From Jejuia sp. (lineage in GTDB: Bacteria; Bacteroidota; Bacteroidia; Flavobacteriales; Flavobacteriaceae), in NCBI GenBank assembly GCA_049889775.1, contig JBMHCT010000021.1:39024-103023 (forward strand): DNA of 64,000 nt, in the 5' to 3' direction. A program made the position numbers and the translations under genes. The first letter of the stretch is position 1; the number at the start of each line of letters is the position of its first letter. The notes under the pieces are model-generated. The model made no database searches, had not been told where the DNA came from, and saw nothing but the letters and a program-made list of their open reading frames with translations. Of this stretch, positions 8,477 through 18,270 are shown in pieces.

Positions 8477-10690
8477 TTATAGTTTCACAAATTTCTGAAT
8501 TGATTCTGATAAGTGTGTTTTTACTTTCAGAAAGTATAAACCACTTTTAAGGTCTGAAACATTAATCGCATCCTGACGAGGTAATGCTTTTGCCACAACC
8601 AGTTTTCCACTAATATCGTAAACCTCAATTTTATTTATACTAGAATCATCTCTGTTAAAAGAAATATTTAAATAATCTTTAACTGGATTGGGGTAAATAT
8701 TGAAAACCGACTTCAAACTTTGCTCATCTTGAGACAATGTAGCAGAGACATACACGCCATAATCGTCCGCCCTTTGAGCAAAACCAGTACCACAAATTGT
8801 TGGTGGTCCATCCGCTTCCGATACTACTCTCATTCTTAAAAGTTGGTTGACAACTGCATTTGAAGGAGGCGTTACATTAACTGATACAGCATGTGAACCA
8901 GCAGAATTATCAGGAACATTGTCTGTTAAAACCATTTCGTCATCTCCATTACTGTTTGAAGTTTCAAAACTACCATTGTTATCCCAATCAATCCAAACTT
9001 CCAAAAATTGCGATCTTGAATTGATAGAGCTATAGGAAACATTCAAATTATAAGATGCACCCTCGGATAACGCAGTATTGTAAGAGCAGCTAAAGTCTTG
9101 TGTTGCACCAGAAGGGATAAAGGTACTTGTGGTGTTACTAAGAGTATTAAATGAAACATTAGTTACTCCAATACCAAAATTACCGTTACTATTTTGGCTA
9201 CCGAAAGAACAACCTGAAACAGCACCATTACTGACCACAATATAATTTGGCTGAGTTAAATTTGTTGTACCATGAACATTGGTTATAGATAGCGACACAT
9301 TGTAAGTACCGCCGTTGTTAAATATGATTGTTGGATTTTGTTCTGTTGAGGTATATGGTGTGTCTACCCCATTATCAAAACTCCATAAAAACGAAATATC
9401 ATCATAGCCATTATTTGTGTAACTATTTGGAGTACAAGTTGAAGTGTCTGTAAATGTTATAGAACTACCAAGACATGCAGTACTGGACGATGAACTAAAG
9501 GCTACATTGGCTGTTGCAGCTGGCGTTAGCCCAGGACTTGACAAAAAAGAAGACCGTGTTCCATTTAGGGCAGTTAAAGCAACAGCTCTTTGCCCGCCAG
9601 TGAACTCAGTTGGGCAACCTGTATAATCCATATAATTATGCATATGATCTTGGTGTGTGCCAGAATTTCTAGTAAATCCAGTGTCAGGATTTATAATTTC
9701 ATTGAACGTTGCATCACATGTATTAGCATCACTATTATTACAATCAAAATATATTGAATCACCTGAGCCATCTTCAATATCAATAGTCCTAATATGACTT
9801 GGTGTATCTGCAATACCATCGTCACCACATTGATCACCAACGCCATCACTATCAGAATCATCACCATCAAATGTATGCGGCAAATTAAAGGAGTGACCCA
9901 TTTCATGAGCCCATATTGATGAATCTTCATTTAAGAAAGAACATATCAATACCACTGATCCATCATAGGCTTGACCATGTGCGGACGCATAATAGGCGTA
10001 ACCGGCAGTAAAAGAGCCTCCACTAGTACAATTTGCATCATTAATTTCATCAACCAACCAAACATTATAATATTTAGTAGGATCCCAAATACTATACTCT
10101 TTAAGCGAATTTATACCGCCTTGAGAGTCGTAATCTTCAAGCCCTGTACCAGAACTACCAAATTTAACGCCTTCATTGGCATAATCTGTTACACCACTCA
10201 TATCCACTCTATTAATACCATTTGTGCAATTGCCACTTTCATCCTGTACGGCCAGTGCGAACTCAATTTGCATATCTACACCATCTCCATCTCCATTGGA
10301 ACCGCTTACTTTACGCCAGTAATTATTTAAATATTTTATACCAAGCTTTATATTTTCATCTGAAATATTAGTTCCCGAACCAACAGCTTCTCCTTTATGC
10401 ATTACATGTACCACAATAGGTATTTGTGCAATACCATTAGCTAAAACTGACTTTTGAGAAGATACTTTTTGAATTGTACTTAAAGTTTTTTGATGACGGG
10501 ATTTGTACTGAGCATCTGTCCCCATCATCTTTTTATGTTTAAGATCCGTACCACAAAAATCATGATTATAAAGATGGGTATTAGATCTTATAATCTCTTT
10601 TAAATTTTGTCCATAACTGGTATTTAAAGAACACGAAAAGACTAAAATAAAAGCTAAAAAGGTTAAGTAATTTTTCATCTTAAAAAGCAA
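8477..10690 (-). CDS. T9SS-secreted M43 (pappalysin-like) zinc metalloprotease with PKD and GEVED-like domains
   Basis: HEMGHSFNLPHTFD zinc motif, NYMDY Met-turn, PKD (WSFDNG..STEQNP..GTYNVSL), WIDWDNNGSFE/LRMRV GEVED-like segment, T9SS CTD (IYPNPVKD..GLYFLKV..KFVKL). Confidence 0.85.
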   Translation of the reverse strand: MLFKMKNYLTFLAFILVFSCSLNTSYGQNLKEIIRSNTHLYNHDFCGTDLKHKKMMGTDAQYKSRHQKTLSTIQKVSSQKSVLANGIAQIPIVVHVMHKGEAVGSGTNISDENIKLGIKYLNNYWRKVSGSNGDGDGVDMQIEFALAVQDESGNCTNGINRVDMSGVTDYANEGVKFGSSGTGLEDYDSQGGINSLKEYSIWDPTKYYNVWLVDEINDANCTSGGSFTAGYAYYASAHGQAYDGSVVLICSFLNEDSSIWAHEMGHSFNLPHTFDGDDSDSDGVGDQCGDDGIADTPSHIRTIDIEDGSGDSIYFDCNNSDANTCDATFNEIINPDTGFTRNSGTHQDHMHNYMDYTGCPTEFTGGQRAVALTALNGTRSSFLSSPGLTPAATANVAFSSSSSTACLGSSITFTDTSTCTPNSYTNNGYDDISFLWSFDNGVDTPYTSTEQNPTIIFNNGGTYNVSLSITNVHGTTNLTQPNYIVVSNGAVSGCSFGSQNSNGNFGIGVTNVSFNTLSNTTSTFIPSGATQDFSCSYNTALSEGASYNLNVSYSSINSRSQFLEVWIDWDNNGSFETSNSNGDDEMVLTDNVPDNSAGSHAVSVNVTPPSNAVVNQLLRMRVVSEADGPPTICGTGFAQRADDYGVYVSATLSQDEQSLKSVFNIYPNPVKDYLNISFNRDDSSINKIEVYDISGKLVVAKALPRQDAINVSDLKSGLYFLKVKTHLSESIQKFVKL

Positions 10691-10923
10691 AGTTTAGGTT
10701 ATTTGGGTACGCTAATATAGCTTTTTATTGTAAATTACCGATAAAACAACCTATTTTAACGATGAAATACATTAATATAGCAGTTCGCTTAGTTATTCTT
10801 AAACACCTTTTAACTCGAAAAAATAAATGGAAAATATATTTTTGGTAACAAACAGTACTGAACAATAAGACAATAATGTATTAATAGGTCTTTTTTAAGC
10901 AATTGTTATAACGGACAGATAAT

Positions 10924-11535
10924 TTACGACTTTATAAATCGCTTGGTTATATGTGCATCCTTTGCTGAAATCTTTATTAAATAAATTCCTGGACTTAAAT
11001 TAGAAACACTTAGAACACTAGATCTTTGTTCTAATTTGGCTTGCTTTACTTTGTTTCCTAGCACGTTAAATATTTCATACCTAAGTTTATTAACATTAAT
11101 AGGCATATTTATATGTAATTCATTTTTAACTGGATTTGGATAAAGAGATATATTATTAAATACATCAAAAGTTTCTGTACTTAATGTACCATCGGCCACC
11201 ACAGTAATAGTACCAAACATATTGCCAGAATGTGGCGTACACACAAATGTTGTGGTCCCCTCTTGATTAAATGTATAACTAAAATTAATCCCCAGATTAC
11301 TTGTTAGTGAACTGGCGAAGGTTTCGGTGCCTCCTGTTGCAACAACATTGTGCGTTCCAGTGGCGTACCAGTTCCATTGTACAGTATCGCCAACTTCTAT
11401 GGTCCTAGCGGTATTAGCATTACCAAACGCGGTAGGTGTAGAATTAAAGCTCCAATCTACTGTGATGGTTTGCGTAGTTTGAGAAAAGCCTAGGGAAGTG
11501 ACCAAAAGACATAGAAAAAGTAATTGTTTTACCAT
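10924..11535 (-). CDS. T9SS-secreted cupredoxin (plastocyanin-like) protein
   Basis: VGDTVQWNW..THNVV and FVCTPHSGNMFGTITV give a His/Cys/His/Met type-1 Cu ligand pattern; T9SS CTD (LYPNPVKN..GIYLIKI..RFIKS). Confidence 0.75.
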   Translation of the reverse strand: MVKQLLFLCLLVTSLGFSQTTQTITVDWSFNSTPTAFGNANTARTIEVGDTVQWNWYATGTHNVVATGGTETFASSLTSNLGINFSYTFNQEGTTTFVCTPHSGNMFGTITVVADGTLSTETFDVFNNISLYPNPVKNELHINMPINVNKLRYEIFNVLGNKVKQAKLEQRSSVLSVSNLSPGIYLIKISAKDAHITKRFIKS

Positions 11536-11600
11536 AGCATAATTTTTACACTAAGTTATAAAATTATATAACACAATCATTTAGTAGCTATAACTAAAAC

Positions 11601-11641
11601 AAAAAAATCTCTCTTAGAATTATAATTCTAAGAGAGATTTT
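11601..11641 (-). terminator. Rho-independent terminator of carB
   Basis: Perfect 17-bp stem AAAATCTCTCTTAGAAT-TATA-ATTCTAAGAGAGATTTT, with a T-run on the minus strand. Confidence 0.85.
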
Positions 11642-11665
11642 ACAAATTGGGCGATTTGAGTTTAA

Positions 11666-14518
11666 TTATTTACTCAAATACATTTTTCGTCTTGAATATA
11701 AATCGTAAAATTCATCATCTTTCAAGCTATCTATAAATAAAATACTTTCACCTGTACTCTTCATCTCTGGCCCTAAAGTTTTATCTACATTAGGGAATTT
11801 ATTAAAAGAGAACACAGGTTGCTTAATGGCATAACCTTCTAGTTGAGGATTGAAATTAAAGTCCTTAACTTTATTCTCACCCAACATCAATTTCGTTGCG
11901 TAGTTTACATAAGGCTCTCCATATGCCTTTGCTATGAACGGTACTGTTCTAGATGCTCTTGGATTTGCTTCAATGATATAAACTTTATCATCTTTTATGG
12001 CGAATTGAATATTGATTAATCCAACGGTATTTAATGCCAAAGCAATTTTTTTGGTGTGATCTTTTATTTGTTGCATTACAAACTCACCAAGGTTAAATGG
12101 AGGCAGCGTTGAATTACTATCACCTGAGTGGATACCACAAGGCTCAATATGTTCCATGATTCCAATGATATACACTTCTTCACCGTCACAAATCGCATCT
12201 GCTTCAGCTTCGATCGCACCTTCTAAATAGTGGTCTAATAACAATTTGTTATTCGGAATCTTATTTAAAAGATCAATTACATGTTCTTCCAATTCTTTTT
12301 CGTTGATGACAATTTTCATGCCTTGTCCACCAAGTACATAAGACGGTCTTACCAAAATTGGGAAATCTAATTCTTTCGCCACAGCTATTGCTTCATCAGC
12401 AGTTTCGGCAGTATCAAACTGTGGGTAAGGAATGTTATTTTCTTTTAATAATGTAGAAAAACTACCTCTATCTTCGGCTAAATCTAAAGATTCGAAGCTA
12501 GTTCCTATAATTTTAACACCGTAACGTGATAATTTTTCAGCCAGCTTTAAAGCAGTTTGTCCACCTAACTGAACAATAACACCTTCTGGTTTTTCATGCT
12601 TGATGATGTCATAAATATGTTCCCAAAATACTGGTTCAAAATATAATTTATCAGCAGTATCAAAATCTGTGGAAACCGTTTCAGGATTACAGTTAATCAT
12701 GATCGTTTCATACCCACATTCTTTAGCAGCATAAACCCCATGCACACAACAATAATCGAACTCAATACCTTGTCCGATACGGTTTGGTCCAGAACCTAGT
12801 ACTATTATTTTCTTTTTATCTGTAACTACACTTTCATTATCAGAATAACGCTTACCATCAGCAGTTTCCATATCACTTTCAAATGTAGAATAGTAATAAG
12901 GTGTCTTCGCTTCAAATTCGGCAGCACACGTATCCACCAATTTGTAAACACGGTTTATACCTAGTTCTTCTCTTTTAGAATATACTTGACTTTCTAAACA
13001 TCCAAGCATATGTGCAATCTGTCTATCTCCATATCCTTTTTGCTTAGCTTCAAGTAGTAATTCCTTATCAATAGTATCAATATTGAATGTAGAAATTTCT
13101 TTTTCTAAGAAATATAGCTCTTCATATTGTTTTAAGAACCACATATCAATCTTAGTAATTTCGAAAATTCTGCTTAATGGAATACCCATTTTTATCGCAT
13201 CGTAAATGGTAAATACACGATCCCAAGAAGCATGGGTCAACTTCTCAATTACTTCATCGTAATTTGTATTCTCTTTACCATCTGCACCAAGCCCATTACG
13301 CTTAATCTCAAGGGATTGCGTTGCTTTATGCAAAGCTTCTTGGAAAGAACGTCCAATACCCATCACCTCACCAACAGCTTTCATTTGAAGTCCTAAAGTT
13401 CTATCAGATCCCTCAAACTTATCAAAATTCCAACGTGGTATTTTTACAATAACATAATCTAAAGTTGGTTCAAATAATGCAGATGTTGACTTCGTAATTT
13501 GGTTACTCAATTCATCCAAACTATAACCCAAAGCCAATTTTGCAGCAATTTTTGCAATTGGATATCCTGTTGCCTTACTTGCCAATGCTGAAGAACGGGA
13601 TACACGTGGATTAATCTCAATAGCGATAATCTCTTCTTTATCATCAGGACTTACCGCAAATTGCACATTACATCCACCTGCAAAATCACCAATACTACGC
13701 ATCATATGTATTGCCATATCACGCATTTTTTGGTAGGTCCTATCACTTAATGTCATAGCTGGAGCCACAGTAATAGAATCTCCTGTATGGATTCCCATCG
13801 GATCCATATTTTCAATAGAACAGATAATTACCACATTACCATTGGAATCTCTAAGTAGCTCTAACTCATATTCTTTCCAACCTAAAAGGGCTTTATCAAT
13901 CATTACTTCATGAATAGGAGAAATCTCCAATCCACGACGCAATAATTTATCAAAATCCTTTTCATCATAAACAATAGCAGCTCCAGCTCCACCAAGAGTA
14001 AACGAAGAACGAATACATAAAGGGAAACCAAACTCTTGCGCAATTTCCTTTCCTTTTAAAAAAGAAGAAGCTGTAGCTTGTGGCGCCATACCAACACCTA
14101 TTTCCCCCATTAATTCTCTAAACTGCTCTCTATCTTCTGTAATATTAATGGCATCAATATTAACACCAATCATATCTACTCCAAAATCTTCCCAAATACC
14201 TTTTTCATCAGCCTCAATAGCCAAATTTAAGGCAGTTTGCCCACCCATGGTTGGTAAAACCGCATCAATTTGAGGATGCTCCTTCAAAATCTTAACAATA
14301 GATTTTGTGTTTAATGGTAATAAATATACATGATCCGCCATGGAAGGGTCGGTCATGATAGTTGCAGGGTTAGAATTGATTAATATGGTTTCAATGCCAT
14401 CTTCTCTTAAAGATCGTAGAGCTTGGGAACCAGAATAATCAAATTCACATGCTTGACCAATAATGATGGGACCAGAACCAATAATTAGGATAGACTTTAG
14501 TTTAGGATTTTTCGGCAT
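11666..14518 (-). CDS. carB: Carbamoyl-phosphate synthase large subunit
   Basis: Duplicated ATP-grasp halves (IGSGPIIIGQACEFDYSG; LGSGPNRIGQGIEFDYCC). At 950 aa it ends without a MGS domain. Confidence 0.97.
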   Translation of the reverse strand: MPKNPKLKSILIIGSGPIIIGQACEFDYSGSQALRSLREDGIETILINSNPATIMTDPSMADHVYLLPLNTKSIVKILKEHPQIDAVLPTMGGQTALNLAIEADEKGIWEDFGVDMIGVNIDAINITEDREQFRELMGEIGVGMAPQATASSFLKGKEIAQEFGFPLCIRSSFTLGGAGAAIVYDEKDFDKLLRRGLEISPIHEVMIDKALLGWKEYELELLRDSNGNVVIICSIENMDPMGIHTGDSITVAPAMTLSDRTYQKMRDMAIHMMRSIGDFAGGCNVQFAVSPDDKEEIIAIEINPRVSRSSALASKATGYPIAKIAAKLALGYSLDELSNQITKSTSALFEPTLDYVIVKIPRWNFDKFEGSDRTLGLQMKAVGEVMGIGRSFQEALHKATQSLEIKRNGLGADGKENTNYDEVIEKLTHASWDRVFTIYDAIKMGIPLSRIFEITKIDMWFLKQYEELYFLEKEISTFNIDTIDKELLLEAKQKGYGDRQIAHMLGCLESQVYSKREELGINRVYKLVDTCAAEFEAKTPYYYSTFESDMETADGKRYSDNESVVTDKKKIIVLGSGPNRIGQGIEFDYCCVHGVYAAKECGYETIMINCNPETVSTDFDTADKLYFEPVFWEHIYDIIKHEKPEGVIVQLGGQTALKLAEKLSRYGVKIIGTSFESLDLAEDRGSFSTLLKENNIPYPQFDTAETADEAIAVAKELDFPILVRPSYVLGGQGMKIVINEKELEEHVIDLLNKIPNNKLLLDHYLEGAIEAEADAICDGEEVYIIGIMEHIEPCGIHSGDSNSTLPPFNLGEFVMQQIKDHTKKIALALNTVGLINIQFAIKDDKVYIIEANPRASRTVPFIAKAYGEPYVNYATKLMLGENKVKDFNFNPQLEGYAIKQPVFSFNKFPNVDKTLGPEMKSTGESILFIDSLKDDEFYDLYSRRKMYLSK

Positions 14519-14580
14519 TTTTTTTACTCTCTTCTAGTTTTTATAAATCGGTTTGCTAAATTATGTAATAACAAAACATA

Positions 14581-14611
14581 AAAAAAGGCGTTACGCTTAA
14601 GCAACACCTTT
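14581..14611 (-). terminator. Terminator downstream of rpmH
   Basis: Minus strand AAAGGTGTT-loop-AACGCCTTTTTTT. Confidence 0.7.
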
Positions 14612-14634
14612 AAAATATCAACAATTGTTAATCA

Positions 14635-14796
14635 TTATTTTTTATGTCTAGATTCAGATGACACAGACAATTTCTTTCTTCCTTTAGCTCTTCTTCTAGC
14701 AAGCACTTTTCTACCATTAGCAGAAGCCATTCTTTCTCTAAAACCGTGCTTGTTTCTTCTTTTTCTTTTAGAAGGCTGAAACGTTCTTTTACTCAT
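14635..14796 (-). CDS. rpmH: 50S ribosomal protein L34 (missing from the ORF track, 53 aa)
   Basis: Manual translation: [53 protein letters not shown]. Confidence 0.97.
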   Translation of the reverse strand: MSKRTFQPSKRKRRNKHGFRERMASANGRKVLARRRAKGRKKLSVSSESRHKK

Positions 14797-14863
14797 CGTC
14801 TTATATCTTTAAATACTATTGTATGTTTTCTGGATTTTTTTGACCCTTCGCCAAAACTGGGGG

Positions 14864-14871
14864 CAAATATA
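14864..14871 (-). promoter_or_regulatory. Bacteroidota -7 promoter element for rpmH
   Basis: TATATTTG on the minus strand, about 70 bp upstream of the ATG. Confidence 0.6.
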
Positions 14872-15008
14872 CAAAGCTTTTTCGTTTCACAAACCTATTT
14901 TAAAAATATTTTTTCCATAAAAATTTAGTTTCTTTGCACTTCAAATAAAAAAAGAGCAATTTCCCTAAGAAATGTGCCAAAAATTCAAAATAGAAAATCT
15001 AAAATACA

Positions 15009-15587
15009 ATGTTCAATAAGATTATAAAACTGATTTTAGCTGCTGGAATTTTAGCCTACGCCATATATCAATTTACCGAAGGCAATATAGGTAACGGCAT
15101 ATCTTTAATATTATTAGCTGGTGTTTTTGTATTTCTTTATTTTAAGAACGAGTTTATTCTGCTTTCTTTTTTAAGACTGCGTAAACAAGATTTTGACGGT
15201 GCAAAAAAGTGGTTAGATAAAATTAAAAACCCAGAGGCAGCTTTAGTAAAAAAACAACAGGGCTATTATAATTATTTGCACGGTATTATGACGATGCAAG
15301 ATAATATGAACGAATCTGAAAAATACTTCAAAAAAGCAGTGTCTTTAGGATTATCTATGAAACACGATCTGGCTATGGCCAAATTAAATTTGGCGGGAAT
15401 CGCATTTTCAAAACGCCGCAAGCGAGAAGCTCAACAATTATTAACCGAAGCTCAAAAACTGGATAAACATGGTATGCTTACAGATCAAATAAAAATGATG
15501 AAGCAAAACATGAAACAAGCTGTTGGCCCTAACCAACATTTTGGCGCAGGCGGTTCTTTACGCTCTCAAAAAAGAAGAAGTAGATAA
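15009..15587 (+). CDS. Conserved membrane-anchored TPR-like protein
   Basis: Two N-terminal TM helices followed by helical repeats (SEKYFKKAVSLG, AMAKLNLAGIAF, AQQLLTEAQKLD). Confidence 0.7.
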   Translation: MFNKIIKLILAAGILAYAIYQFTEGNIGNGISLILLAGVFVFLYFKNEFILLSFLRLRKQDFDGAKKWLDKIKNPEAALVKKQQGYYNYLHGIMTMQDNMNESEKYFKKAVSLGLSMKHDLAMAKLNLAGIAFSKRRKREAQQLLTEAQKLDKHGMLTDQIKMMKQNMKQAVGPNQHFGAGGSLRSQKRRSR

Positions 15588-15598
15588 TATTTTTATTT

Positions 15599-15686
15599 GG
15601 GCGTTACCCACAAGGGGTCGGGCTTTCACTACTCAATCCCTCCTTCGTCGGGGATTTCAAACATACCGTTCAATCCCTAACGCGGG
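15599..15686 (+). repeat. Dispersed MITE-like element, family A (GGGCGTTACCC...GGGTCGGGCTTT...CAATCCCTAACGC), copy 1
   Basis: Same termini recur at 39255-39388 (+), 42891-42982 (-) and 51692-51803 (-). Confidence 0.85.
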
Positions 15687-15717
15687 TTTATCTGATGGAT
15701 TTATCACTTAAAACTAG

Positions 15718-16155
15718 CTACTTTTCAATTTTTTCACCCAATTCAATTTCAGAATTAATGGCTAATAAATCTTTCAGGAATACCTTTCCATTTTCTGGGG
15801 ATATTATTACACTGTCATATTTCCCGTAATTAATCTCGATTCTGTCTAATGAGGCAGCAGGTGTAGGATAAGCAATAATTGAATGATATTTTCTGATCGA
15901 TTTAATTTCATCAATATTTATATCCTTATTGTAAAGGAAACCAATTCTTATTTTCAATAATTTATCTTGAATAAAATATCTAATCGATAGAATAACATAA
16001 CAAATAAAAACAAAAACTGAACCAAGGAAACATGTGTAGACTAGTATTTGAATCAGTGGCTTATTACTGATTATAAAAGAGCCAAGAGGCAAACTAAATA
16101 AAAGGAAAATAGTAAGATAAAACCCATATTCTATTTTAGATTTGTAAACCTTCAA
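15718..16155 (-). CDS. Bacterial PH-domain membrane protein
   Basis: Two N-terminal TM helices, then INIDEIKSIRK..PAASLDRIEINYGKYDSVIISPE; TTG start. Confidence 0.65.
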   Translation of the reverse strand: MKVYKSKIEYGFYLTIFLLFSLPLGSFIISNKPLIQILVYTCFLGSVFVFICYVILSIRYFIQDKLLKIRIGFLYNKDINIDEIKSIRKYHSIIAYPTPAASLDRIEINYGKYDSVIISPENGKVFLKDLLAINSEIELGEKIEK

Positions 16156-16163
16156 TCTAACAT

Positions 16164-17087
16164 CTAATTATAATACCCTTTCTCAGGAATTTCTATAAAG
16201 TATTTTTTTCTAGACTTATTATTCAAATGAGGCTCACGTAACCAAGGGTTATGAATCTTTAAAATTTTATAGTTAATTCCAAACTTTTCAGCAAAATTGG
16301 TAAAATCTGTCACTGCAGTATCTACCTCAACTTTAAAAGTGGGAATGTGCGTATATAAATCTTTATCTCTAAAGTTAAAACCATATTTGTTTGGATGAGA
16401 TAGAATTTCCTTTAGCGCTACTATCCTAAATACATAACGTCCTGTTTCTTCACCCAGTAATAAATCATAATAATCGGAAACATTTTGCTCCTTCAATCGT
16501 CTTGAAACTCCAGCATTACCTGTATTATAGGCAGCAGCTGCTAGCGTCCAAGACCCAAGTTCTTCTTTAGCCTTTAATAAATATTTACAAGCCACTTCTG
16601 TAGCCATTTCTAAATGATAACGTTCATCAACATTTGTATTCACTTCTAAGCCATTTTCACGCCCTGTGGCTTTCATTATTTGCCAAACACCTCTGGCGCC
16701 AGCAGGAGAAACAGCATTCGTCAATCCACTTTCAATTACCGCCAAATACTTAAAATCATCTGGCACACCATGTTTTGCCAATATCGGTTCAATTACGGGA
16801 AAATATTTTCTGGCACGCTTAAACATTAACAACCCATTAGACTGCCAATAGGTATTTACCAACAATTCTCTGTCCATTCGTTCTAGAATATCAGGATTTT
16901 CTAGCGGCATTGCTTCACCAGCGAAAGAGAGATGCTCTGGAACCTGTAAAGCATAAACGTTATAATCATTGATTAATTTCTTTTCGAAATTTTCATCAGT
17001 AGGCGCATCTTGGAGGGCATAAATAAAAAGTAAACATAAACTTAATAATCCCACAAACGCCAATAGCTTCTGTATTGTCTTCATCAT
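16164..17087 (-). CDS. Lytic transglycosylase (MltD-like, SLT domain)
   Basis: KYLAVIESGL (catalytic Glu), GVWQIMKATG, AAAAYNTG, ETGRYVFR. Confidence 0.9.
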   Translation of the reverse strand: MMKTIQKLLAFVGLLSLCLLFIYALQDAPTDENFEKKLINDYNVYALQVPEHLSFAGEAMPLENPDILERMDRELLVNTYWQSNGLLMFKRARKYFPVIEPILAKHGVPDDFKYLAVIESGLTNAVSPAGARGVWQIMKATGRENGLEVNTNVDERYHLEMATEVACKYLLKAKEELGSWTLAAAAYNTGNAGVSRRLKEQNVSDYYDLLLGEETGRYVFRIVALKEILSHPNKYGFNFRDKDLYTHIPTFKVEVDTAVTDFTNFAEKFGINYKILKIHNPWLREPHLNNKSRKKYFIEIPEKGYYN

Positions 17088-17118
17088 TAATAAGTTTGAG
17101 ATAAAGGTAAACTATTTT

Positions 17119-17784
17119 TCAATTTTCTAAAATTATACTAGGTAAATTCTCGTTAAACCACTTGTATTTGTAGAGAATCATGGCGTGTGTTCCATTTTTC
17201 ACAATGATACAATTATCTATATTTTTAATGGGAAACACACTATCATCATCTCCATGTACATGTATAATATCTGGGTTATAATCCTCTTGACTCCAATTTA
17301 GCATACTTTCAATTGCCCAATCTAGATACTGCTGGTCGCTAACAGATAAATACATCTTGTATAAATTCAACCGTTTTTTAATCTTATCACCATAAGCGTA
17401 TTTAGCCAACAAATCTATTCTACTCGCCAAATTAGTGGGGAGTAATTTGTAAATTTTAGTAGACTTAGCAAGTTGCATGGGCGTTGGTAACTCATTTTTA
17501 GATTTCACACTCGAGACGATAATGAGCTTTTTTACCGAAATGTATTTGCTCATTTCCTGTACCAACACTCCACCAAAAGACACTCCCAAAAGCACAATAT
17601 CTTTATGTTTGATTTCTTTGGTCATTCGCAAAGCATAATGACTCAAAGTCTCATTCCTCTCTGGTAAAAACCACTCTAATTTATGTATTTCAAATTGGTC
17701 TTTAGGTAATGAAATATGCTCAAAAATTAGCGGACTCGCAGCCATTCCTGGTATTAAATATACGTGTATTATGTCTTGACTCAT
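17119..17784 (-). CDS. Alpha/beta hydrolase
   Basis: LIPGMAA, nucleophile elbow GVSFGG, HVHGDDDSVFP, GTHAM. Confidence 0.85.
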   Translation of the reverse strand: MSQDIIHVYLIPGMAASPLIFEHISLPKDQFEIHKLEWFLPERNETLSHYALRMTKEIKHKDIVLLGVSFGGVLVQEMSKYISVKKLIIVSSVKSKNELPTPMQLAKSTKIYKLLPTNLASRIDLLAKYAYGDKIKKRLNLYKMYLSVSDQQYLDWAIESMLNWSQEDYNPDIIHVHGDDDSVFPIKNIDNCIIVKNGTHAMILYKYKWFNENLPSIILEN

Positions 17785-17909
17785 AAGGTTTTAACCTTCA
17801 AATCACTTTAGTAGGTGGATTTTTTTTCGTACTTTTGCACAAAGTTATAGAAATAGTATCCACTATTCTACTACAACTCTTCTTAAAATTAAATATTTAA
17901 AACATAACT

Positions 17910-18206
17910 ATGGTTGAAGCTGCTGAATTAATTGACAATGATTTTTTACGTCAATTTGAACTAAAAATGGATGGCCATTTGGCAAAAATTGAATACTCCC
18001 TACAAGAACGAAAAATCTTTTTAACGAAGTTGATTATTCCAGAAGAGATTAATAATGACAAATTTAAAAAAGAGTTTATTGCTGCTGTGTTTGAACAAAT
18101 TCAGGACAGAAATTTAAGCGTAATGCCTACAAGTCCAGCAATTGCAAAGTTTGTAAGAAGCAACCGAAAGTATAAAAGAATGTTACCTGTTGGGGTGAGA
18201 ATCTAA
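17910..18206 (+). CDS. Small GNAT-like (YjdJ-type) N-acetyltransferase
   Basis: RQFELKMDGHLAKIEY..IFLTKL..VMPTSPAIAKFV pattern; TACTTTTG -7 element at 17830-17837. Confidence 0.7.
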   Translation: MVEAAELIDNDFLRQFELKMDGHLAKIEYSLQERKIFLTKLIIPEEINNDKFKKEFIAAVFEQIQDRNLSVMPTSPAIAKFVRSNRKYKRMLPVGVRI

Positions 18207-18226
18207 AAGACAGATTTTAAAAATGT

Positions 18227-18261
18227 AAAAACCGAAATCAGTGATGGTTTCGGTTTTTTTT
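18227..18261. terminator. Bidirectional terminator between the GNAT gene and mtaB
   Basis: AAAAACCGAAA...TTTCGGTTTTTTT hairpin with A/T runs on both sides. Confidence 0.8.
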
Positions 18262-18270
18262 ATCGAAAAA

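Noticed and set aside
14746-14928. 60-aa plus-strand ORF
   Set aside because: It overlaps the real rpmH gene and its promoter on the opposite strand.
15523-15711. 62-aa ORF
   Set aside because: It is mostly a translation of the family A repeat element.
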